DNA of 64,000 bases. Source: Narcine bancroftii (taxonomy: Eukaryota). The stretch spans positions 249,674,001-249,738,000 of the forward strand of contig NC_091469.1 of NCBI RefSeq assembly GCF_036971445.1, in the 5' to 3' direction. Every line of letters starts with the position of its first letter. The first letter of the stretch is position 1. The notes beneath the pieces were generated by a model that did not search any database, had not been told where the DNA came from, and saw nothing but the letters and a program-made list of their open reading frames with translations. Positions 38,181 through 48,205 of this stretch are shown piece by piece. A program made the position numbers and the translations under genes.

Positions 38181-38241
38181 AATTTTCCTACATATTTTGT
38201 TCTAACTGTGTGGGCACTAGATGCAAGACTTCACTCTTAAT

Positions 38242-39293
38242 CTCTTCTTTGGCTTGGCTTCGCGGACGAAGATTTATGGAGGGGGTAAAAAGTCCACGTC
38301 AGCTGCAGGCTCGTTTGTGGCTGACAAGTCCGATGCGGGACAGGCAGACACGATTGCAGCGGTTACAAGGGAAAATTGGTTGGTTGGTGTTGGGTGTTGG
38401 GTTTTTCCTCCTTTGCCTTTTGTCAGTGAGGTGGGCTCTGCGGTCTTCTTCAAAGGAGGTTGCTGCCCGCCAAACTGTGAGGCGCCAAGATGCACGGTTT
38501 GAGGCGTTATCAGCCCACTGGCGGTGGTCAATGTGGCAGGCACCAAGAGATTTCTTTAGGCAGTCCTTGTACCTTTTCTTTGGTGCACCTCTGTCACGGT
38601 GGCCAGTGGAGAGCTCGCCATATAATACGATCTTGGGAAGGCGATGGTCCTCCATTCTGGAGACGTGACCCATCCAGCGCAGCTGGATCTTCATAAGCGT
38701 GGACTCGATGCTGTCGACCTCTGCCATCTCGAGTACTTCGACGTTAGGGGTGTAAGCGCTCCAATGGATGTTGAGGATGGAGCGGAGACAACGCTGGTGG
38801 AAGCGTTCTAGGAGCCGTAGGTGGTGCCGGTAGAGGACCCATGATTCGGAGCTCTTCAATCTGAGGCGCCTGCAAGCTCACACCAAGACACAAGAGAAAC
38901 TTGTCCGTGAACTACTCTTTGCAGATGATGCCGCTTTAGTTGCCCATTCAGAGCCAGCTCTTCAGCGCTTGACGTCCTGCTTTGCGGAAACTGCCAAAAT
39001 GTTTGGCCTGGAAGTCAGCCTGAAGAAAACTGAGGTCCTCCATCAGCCAGCTCCCCACCATGACTACCAGCCCCCCCACATCTCCATCGGGCACACAAAA
39101 CTCAAAACGGTCAACCAGTTTACCTATCTCGGCTGCACCATTTCATCAGATGCAAGGATCGACAATGAGATAGACAACAGACTCGCCAAGGGAAATAGCG
39201 CCTTTGGAAGACTACACAAAAGAGTCTGGAAAAACAACCAACTGAAAAACCTCACAAAGATAAGCGTATACAGAGCCGTTGTCATACCCACAC
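38242..39293 (-). mobile_element. RTE-clade LINE, 5'-truncated and 5'-inverted (copy 2)
   Basis: 3' part minus (38242-38852), upstream part plus (38852-39295, includes LFADDAAL); 11-bp TSD TCACTCTTAAT at 38231-38241 and 39294-39304. Confidence 0.95.
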
Positions 39294-39407
39294 TCACTCT
39301 TAATAGTCAGATACTAATTAACAATTTAATTTATGTTTTTAATTATATCAAATTGACTTTAAATGTCCAGATTATCTTGCCTTAATTGGCACAGGCTGGA
39401 ACGAAAA

Positions 39408-39762
39408 GGGACCCACACCAGGCTGCGGGCTGCTGGAGACTGCGGTCAAGAGACCCACACTAGGTTGCGGACTGCTGGATATTGCAGTCAAGGGACCCAC
39501 ACCAGGTTGCGGACTGCTGGAGGTTGCAGTCAAGGGACTCACACCAGGCTGCGGGCTGCTGGAAACTGCGGTAAAAGAACCCACACCAGGCTGCGGACTG
39601 CTGGAGACTGCAGTCAAGGAACCCATAGCAGGCTGCAGGGTGCTGGAGACTGTAGTCAAGAGATCTACAGCAGGGTGCGGACTGCTGGAGACGGCAGTCA
39701 GAGGACCCACACCAGGTTGCGGACTGCTGGTGACTGCGGTCAAGGGACCCACACCAGGCTGC
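39408..39762. repeat. 42-bp minisatellite, about 8.5 copies
   Basis: GGGACCCACACCAGGCTGCGGACTGCTGGAGACTGCAGTCAA. Confidence 0.92.
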
Positions 39763-40047
39763 AGTCTGATGGAATGAAATATGAAAATCTGCAGATGCTA
39801 TGATTGTAGTGAAAAAACAGAAATGCTGGAGGAAGTCAGCCGGACTCTCCACACCCATAGGAGGTAAAGATATGTTACTGACACTTCAGGCCTGAGCCTT
39901 TCCTCAATGAATGAGTAAAAAAGCAGGCAGGCACCTATTTAAAAGAGTGAAACACAGTCGGCTGCAGACACTGTGATTGTAGTAAACACACAGAGATGCT
40001 GAAGGAAGTCAGCTGGTCTTTTCAGTATCTATAGGAGACAAAGACAT

Positions 40048-43000
40048 TGTGGTGGTACACCACCGGCCTACTGCAGGGGGCAACCTCTGTACCTGCAGGA
40101 GTGTAAGGGGACAGTACAACACCTGGCCGGCTGTCAATCAGTCGGTCTGAATGGATCAAGCCCTACCCAGTCGGGTGTCAATCACCCTCTGGGATATATA
40201 AGCCTGTGCTGGCCTCGCGAGGCCTCACTCAGAGTTATTGCAGCCACAGCCAGCCTGGCTCTGTGGAAGTCTTTGTGGATTAAAGCCTGTTGAACAATCT
40301 TTACCTTGTGTGTGTCTGATTCTGTCCAATAGCACACCACAATTTAATCCACAAAATTTTTCCTACGGCTGGAAAAATTCCTGTCCGCAGAGAGCCTCGA
40401 AGTCGACCCACGCCACCCAGAAGCCCAGACATGCTTCGAGATCTGGCAGCACGCAGTCAAGACAATCATCGAGGCACACGAGGGCTACATCGTGGACTCT
40501 GATCAGAAGAGGTTGGTCCTACTCCGGTCAAAGCTGGGTCCCCGCGCCTTCCAGATAACCAAACACTGCTCCACGTACAAGAGCACAATGGACACTCTCG
40601 AGAACTTGTACAGGCCCCCCAAGAATGTGGTCTGTGCAAGGTAACTCCTCAACACCCAAGCCCAGTGAACCCGGGGAGACAGCTGAATCTTGCCAGGGAC
40701 ACTTGCGAGAGTTGGCCCGACCGTGTCTGGCTGAACCCAGGGTAGGTGTAGAGGATGTCAAAAGGTTGATCTAGGATGCCTTCGTCTGAGGGCTACGCTT
40801 GAGGACAACATCTATGCCCTAACCAAGACAGTGGAAGTGGTCCGAACCCTGGAAGCTGCAGCCCTGCACGTCAAAGCCTTCAATTTCAGGTTCCCCCAGG
40901 CCCCCTCATGGCCCTCTCACGCTGCAGCTGCAGCCCCAGGCTGAGCTGTGGAGAAGAACGTCGCTCTGGCAGGTCCCCAGTGCCCCTGTAAGTACTGTGG
41001 GTTCTGGTGTGAGTCAGATCGACGATCACGCCAAAACTGCCCAGCTAGGAACCAGTATTGCTCCCGATGCGGCAAGAAAGGCCACTTTTCAAACGTTTGC
41101 CTCTCTCAACTTGCCGGCAGCTCAGCAGCCCTCTATGACCTCCCCACCTCTCCCGCGGACCCCCCCACATGCACGTGCCGGGTGGCACTATTGTCCCCAC
41201 GTCGACTTCCCCCTTCCCCGACTTCGACTGCGCAACATCCGGCCCCACCAGCGACCATCACAGCATGTGCCACGAGCATCTGCACCAGCCCCTGCCCTCG
41301 CCGGCACCACTCACTGAGAACTAGTGACATCAATTCCGGCTGGCTCATGGCGTGATGTGACTTCCGGCTGACCCAACGACGTAACTGCCGCCGGCCGTGA
41401 TGACGTCACTTTTCCAGCACAGCGGACACAGCTGGGGAAGGAGGCCAACCACGTAGTGGCTCCCCATGTGCTGCCGCCATCTTGGGCCAGGCAGCGCCAG
41501 ACACAGAAGGCCCCTGACGACATTGAGAATGACGTGGTCAACTCGGGTGATGACCAGGCTGCCCTATCGATGCTCCCCACGCCTCCGGAGGCCATCAGCT
41601 ACCACATGCTCCACCTCATGACCGATATCAACATGGTCAACACGGGTGTTGATCAGGTCACCCTACTGAAGCTCCCCATCCCTCCTGATAGTGACGACTC
41701 CGAGATGGTCCTGGCCACCATCATGCTGACCAGGTACATCCCCCACGATCTCGGGCGCTCGATGATGGATGTGTGAGTCAACGGGCAGGTAACAAAGTGC
41801 TTGTTGGACAGTGGCGGCACCGAGAGCTTCATTCACCCAAGCATGGCCCACTCCCTAAGGTTAAAGGTCCACCCCACCACCTGCTCGATCACCCTCGCCA
41901 TAAGAATGTTGGTATGCTCGGGCGCAGCTTGGTCGATATAATAGTGGGAGGGGAGACTTACACAGGATTTAGGTTCCTGGTCATGCCCAAACTCTGCGCA
42001 CCACTCCTCCTGGGCCTGGATTTTCAGTGCCACCTGCAGAGTGTCACCCTTGCCTTTGGGGGGGGCCCAACCTCCACTCACATTGCACGGCACACCAACC
42101 TACCAGCCCCAGCTGACCTGTGGGCTCTCCACACTGCACATCACCCCACTGGTGCCCTTTCCACATCTTGCGCTAAGCTGCAAGCCGATCGCTGCCAGAA
42201 GTAGGTGCTATTGCACTGCAGACAAGGATTTCATCAAGGCGAAGGTGTGGTGACTCCTGGTGGAAGGTGTTTTAGACCTCAGTAACAGCCCTGGGAGAGC
42301 CCAAGTCCTGGTGGTCAAAGGGGGAAGTAAATTGAGGATGGTCATGGATTACAGCCAGACAATTAATCGGTACACTCAGCTGGATGCCTACCCCTGCCGA
42401 GGATCGCTGACATGGTCAATGAGATAGCCCACTACCAGGCTTTCTCCACGATTGACCTGAAGTCGGCATATTACCAAATCCCTATTCATCCGAAGGACAA
42501 GCCCTACACCGCCTTTGAGGTGGACGGGCACCTGTACCAGTTCCGCCAAGTTCCTTTTGGAGTCACGAACTGGGTCTCCATCTTCCAGCAGGAGATGGAT
42601 CGCATTGTAGACTGGCACAAGCTGAAGGCGACGTTCCCATATCTGGATAATGTCACTATCTGCGGCCATGACCAGCAGGACCACAATGCTAACCTGGAAA
42701 AATTCTTCCAGACGGCCAGGGAGGTCAACCTCATTTACAACAAGAAGTTTGTGTTCAGCATCACTCGCCTCGCCATCCTGGGGTACATCGTGGCCCATAG
42801 AGTCGTCGGCCCAGATCCGGAAAGAATGCACCTATTAATGGAGTTAACCCTCCCCCCAACACTAAAGTGCCTCCACAGGTGCCTGGGCCTGTTTTCTTAT
42901 TACTCACAGTGGGTCCTTCGCTTCTCAGACAAGGTCCGCCCACTGGCCAAAGCCAAAACACTTCCCCTCCCACCTGAGGCGCAGGCACCCTTCACCCTGA

Positions 43001-44966
43001 TCAGGCAAGACATCGCGGATGCCACGATGCAGGCTGTGGATGAGGACTCCCCCTTCCAGGTGGAGAGCGATTTCTCTGAGGTAGCCCTCGCCGCTACCCT
43101 CAATCAAGAGGGTCACCCTGTCGCTTTTTCCTCCAGGACCCTCCACGGCTCCAAGCTAGGGCATTCCGCCATTGAAAAGGCCCAGGTGATTGTGGAAGTG
43201 GTCCGCCACTGGTGCCACTACCTGGACGGCAGGAGATTCACCCTCTTTATGGACCAGCAGCCTGTGGTGTTCATGTCTAACACTTCCCACAAGAGCAAGA
43301 TCATGAATGACAAGCTCCTGCGCTGGAGAGTCGAGCTGGCAACCTACAGCTATGACATCCAGTACCGCCCCGGGAAGTTTAGCAACTCCCCTGATGTCGT
43401 CTCTCGCACCTGCGTGTCTATGCATGATGACAGGTTGCAGGCATTGCATGAGTCCCTCTGCTATCCGGGCATCACCTGGTGGTACCATTTCGTTAAGTCC
43501 CGAAATCTGCCGTACACCATCAGGGACGTCAGGGACATGACCAAGGCCTGTCGGGTCTGTGCGGAGTGTAAACCCCACCTTCCACTCCCCCCAGGCCCAC
43601 TTTATAAAGGCTACTCAGCCTTTCGAGCCTCTCGGCATGGACTTCAAAGGGCTCCTCCCTTCCACGAACCGAAACATCTACTTCCTCACAGTAGTGGATG
43701 AGTACTCACGCTTTCCTTTCACCATCCCTTGTCCGGACACCTCCACGGCCATCGTCATCAGGGCCTTGGGGCAGATTTTCACCATGTTTGGCTACCCCGC
43801 CTTCATTCATAGGGAGTCTAGTTTCATGAGCGATGAGCTGCGCCAGTACCTGATGGTGAGGGGCATCGTGACCAGTCACACGACAAGCTATAACCCGAGA
43901 GGCAATGGGCAAGTGGAACACAAGAATGGGGTGGTCTGAAAGGCAGTCCTCCTAGCTCTCAGGTCAAAAGGGTGGGCCATTGAGTACTGGCAGGACGCCC
44001 TGCCCGAGGCGCTCCATGCCATTCGGTCCCTGCTGTGCACGGCTACCAATGAGACCCCTCACGAACGCCTGATCTCATTCCCCAGGAGATCGGCGACTGG
44101 AATGTCACTCCCAGCATGGCTCACATCCCCGGGACGTGCTTCTGCGTAAGCATGTATGGATACACAAGGCCGAAGCCCTGGTAGAGCAGGTTTTCCTCCT
44201 TCATGCAAACCATAACTACGCTTATGTTAGGTTCAGCAGTGGCAGGGAGGACACCATCTCAACCAGGGACCTGGCACCAGCAGGAGCACCCACCACATCA
44301 CGCCACCCTCCAATCCAGGATGACGCTGCCCCAGGCAGCTATGGGGCACGCAGGGCCTCCTTGACCACCAGGGGCCCGCTTCAGCCTTAGGAGATGAACA
44401 AGCCCCCCCCCACCCATCCAATACTACCCACATACGTCAACCCCAGCCCCCCTGGCCACCCCTCCACATGGCATCACACCAGCCACACACACCCCTGCCG
44501 CCAGCCCCCCCCCCACTTCCCCTCTGACCAATGACCAGGAGCCAGTCCTACGACGGTCACAGAGACCCCGGTGGCTGCCGAATCGTTTCAACCTGTAAAT
44601 ATTGTATGTACATAATGGGTGAGATTCCTTGTTACTGCCACCACCCCCCTGGGACATTTTAAAGAAGGGGTGAATGTGGTGGTACACCACCGGCCTACTG
44701 CAGGGGGCAACTTCTGTACCTGCAGGAGTGTAAGGGGACAGGAAAACACCTGGCCGGCTCCCAATCAGTCAGCCTGAATGGATCAAGCCCCACCCGGTCG
44801 GATGTCAATCACCCTCCGGGATATAAGCCTGTGCCGGCCTCCTGAAGCCTCACTCAGAGTTGCTGCAGCCACAGCCATCCTGGCTCTGTGGAAGTCTTTG
44901 TGGATTAAAGCCTGTTGTCCAGTCTTTACCTTGTGTGTGTCTGATTCTGGCTAACAGCGCACCACA
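40048..44966 (+). mobile_element. Full-length decayed Ty3/Gypsy LTR retrotransposon (Mag-like gag knuckles)
   Basis: LTRs 40048-40341 and 44675-44966 (TGTGGTG...CACCACA); TSD GACAT/GATAT (5 bp, 1 mismatch); PPT AAAGAAGGGGTGAA 44661-44674. Confidence 0.93.
40365..44290 (+). pseudogene. Gypsy gag-pol, multiple stops and frameshifts
   Basis: CKYCG...CPARNQYCSRCGKKGHFSNVC; protease LLDSG (~41800); IDLKSAY, PFG, YLDN; RNase H; integrase MDFKG, VVDEYSRFPF, YNPRGNGQVE. Confidence 0.88.
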
Positions 44967-45399
44967 GATATATCACCGACGTTTCGGGCCTGAGCCCCTC
45001 TTCACGGAACAATCAGAAAGGGCAGAAGCAGGATATATAAGAAAGTCTCAGAATTCAAACAATGGGGGAGGAATCCAGACCAACAACAGTTGCTCATTGA
45101 CATTAAGACTCAACTTTATTGTCCTTGTGGCAAGTACAGATTCAAAGCCAATGAAATGCGATTAGCATCTAACCAGAGGTGCAAAGAACAAAGTTATTTA
45201 CAAGCAACTGCGAATAAAAGCAAACGCTCCAGCAAGCAAACACGTATAAAAGTACTGACAATACAATATGGTGCAATGCCACTCAGGGCTGTTATGTAAG
45301 GGTCAGCAGGGTCACAGCCTTCCTGAGCCTGCTGGTTCGGGAGCGGAGGTTCCTGTAACCCCTACTGGATGGAGGGAGATTTCAGGTGAGATGCATTCT

Positions 45400-46040
45400 C
45401 TTGTTACACTCTCTTGGCACAACATTGACCAAAGTTCTTCTTGAATTTGCATAATTAAATATTTTTCCCATCTTTGTTTTGATGCATATGTCTATTATCC
45501 CATAGTATCTTGTAATTTTATGTACATATTAGTGATGAATTTCTCAATAAATGTATCCGTAATTAAATATACGAATTGACTTTGTTCCGGGAGTCTTAAA
45601 TTCATGCCTAATTTCCCTTTTAAATATGGTTTGTTGATAATATTAAAAATTGTATGATGTTATATTTCATATTTCTCTTTCATTTGTTCAAAAGTCAAAA
45701 AAGATCCCAAAAAAAACCAATCTTTCATCTTCTGTATAACTCTACTGCACCCAGTATCGAATAAAGAATTATTCAAAGAAAAAGGACTAAGTTGGTTTGG
45801 TTTTAACATCATCTTATGTATTTGATCATTTTTAATTCCTCTTTCCATGTGGATTCCGTTCTATACCTTAAGCAAATGCCTTAAAATCAGTACTTCTGTC
45901 TTCTTTTTCAATAACACATGGTTCCATTTATACAAAAAATACACTTAATTAATTTCTCCTATTTTTATCCATTTCAATCTGAACCCACATTACTTTTCTC
46001 TCCAATCTGATAACAGGAGGACAAGAATATGAATGGAGCT
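45400..46040 (-). mobile_element. AT-rich L1 ORF2 C-terminal fragment
   Basis: FSLNNSLF...FLTFEQMKEKYEI resembles the plus-strand L1 peptide FTLNNQLL...FISFQRMKEKYEI at 47723-48082. Confidence 0.65.
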
Positions 46041-46886
46041 GTTTTATAATAAAACATCCTTGATAATACTTTACGCCCTGCCCAGGCAGCGTTTCCGATA
46101 AACATTCTCAACTGGCAGCAACAAGAAATTTTTTACAGATTGTAAACAAGCAGCAGAATTTGTGGAGACATTACCTATCAACAAATCAAGGGAATAAGAT
46201 GTGTTTATTTCAATTGTTGGTGTAATTAAGCTTGATACTTTGTTAAAAGAAGTATATACCTGGGAGGTTAGGGGTGTCAGGGTCTGGGAGCCTCTGATCA
46301 TGGGCTTTTCTGTGGCAGATGCCGTACCCCAAACAATAGAGGAGGTGGGGGTGGGGCCATATATTAAACAGTGCCACTAGGGGGGAATTTTTTTCCTTTT
46401 CTTGCTTACCTTTTGGATTTCAAGACAAGTTGGGAGCAATGCAGAAGTAAGATTTAATCTATTGGAGGTCCATTTGGGCAGATAGAAAGGAATACATTAA
46501 TAAATGGGAAGTAGTTTATTTACATTAATTTTAATTAATTCATAAGGAATACTAGGAAATGAAGAGATTAATGGAAGAATACTCTAAAAGGGGTGCCTAT
46601 ATTTATAAGTCAAATGTTAATTTTGTATCTTTGGTCAGTTAGATAGCAATATTAAGGGTATTGGGTTGAAAGCGAATGAATATAAAATAAATTTATTTGC
46701 AGACGATGTTTTGATATATTTACACAACCCAGGCAATCTTTGGGGAGTCTGCATGCTAGTAGGGTGAAGTATCAGGATATAAGATTTACTAGGATAAGAG
46801 TGAAATTATGCCTCTGGCTGATGTCAATTATTCGTTTTGTAGGCACATTGCAAATTTCAAGTGGTCTGATCAAATTAAATATTTAG

Positions 46887-47272
46887 GTTATATGGCGAGC
46901 TCTCCACTGGCCACCGTGACAGAGGTGCACCAAAGAAGAGGTACAAGGAATGCCTAAAGAAATCTCTTGGTGCCTGCCACAATGGCCACCGCCAGTGGGC
47001 TGATATCGCATCAAACCGTGCATCTTGGCGCCTCACAGTTTGGCGGGCAGCAACCTCCTTTGAAGAAGACCTCAGAGCCCACCTCACTGACAAAAGACAA
47101 AGGAGGAAAAACCCAACACCCAACCCCAACCAACCAATTTTCCCCTGCAGCTGCTGCAACCGTGTCTGCCTGTCCCGCATCGGACTTGTCAGCCACAAAT
47201 GAGCCTGCAGCTGACGTAGACCTTACCCCTCCATAAATCTTCGTCCGCGAAGCCAAGTCAAAGAAAGAAAGA
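46887..47272 (+). mobile_element. RTE LINE 3' fragment (copy 3)
   Basis: Same family as 9208 and 38242, (AAAG)n tail; no TSD seen, and about 15 bp of host L1 appear missing relative to the paralogous L1 at 62710. Confidence 0.9.
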
Positions 47273-48205
47273 ATTATAATAATTTGTATAAATTGAATTA
47301 TTTACCCTTGTTGTCTAAAATTAAATATGATTTAAATTGGTGGAAAGATTTACCAATAACATTAATAGGACATGTTAATTGTGTGAAAATTAATGTCTTT
47401 CCCCATATTCAATATCTTTTTCAGTCTATTCCTTGTAGGATTCCCCAACATTATTTTAAAGATTTGAATGCTTCGGTGAGGAAATTTTTGTGGAAAGGTA
47501 AAATGTCGAGGGTGTCGTTGCAGAAACCTACTTGGAAATAGGCTTTAGGAGGACTGCAACTTCCTCATTTTCTGAATTATTATGAATCGGTGCAGTTGAA
47601 ATTTATTAATGGGATAAACCTTTGGTTTGGGCCAAGATTAAATTATCTCAGATTGATGAGAAGAGGATGATCATTTTTTTTATAAATGGAATTCTCAGCT
47701 TTTACAGAGTTATAATTTACTGGTGTTGAAGCATTTAATGGAGTTATGGACTAGGAAGAATGGAATTATAGGTACAGAAAGCAAAATCTCGGCTAAAACT
47801 TTGTTTCAAAATAAGTTTTTTTCTTTTACATTAAATAATCAACTTTTGAAATTGTGGGAACAGAAAGGAATTAGATTGGTAGAGGATTGTTATGAAGCTG
47901 GGTATTTTATTTCATTTCAAAGAATGAAAGAGAAATATGAAATTTCTTCAAATACTTTGTTTACTTATTATCAAGTTTTTGCCTTATTATTAGATAATTT
48001 TGGGCATACGTTACAGTTCCCTAGGCAGTCTAAATTTGAAAGTTTACTTACTGAAGGTGGCAAGAGAGGATTTTATATCTGAGATGTATGCTTTATTACA
48101 GAAGAAAATGCTTAAACCAGATATTAACATAACATAACATAACAATTACAGCATGGAAACAGGCCATTAGGCCCTTCTAGTCCGCACCGAACCAAACACC
48201 CCTTT

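Noticed and set aside
23900-38200. Dozens of long His/Thr/Pro- or Val/Gly/Cys/Trp-rich ORFs
   Set aside because: Translations of stop-poor C/A satellites, open in several frames on both strands, with no domain signal.
39363-39803. 146-aa repeat protein (GTHTRLRTAGDCSQ)n
   Set aside because: A 42-bp minisatellite open on both strands, with no splice or promoter support.
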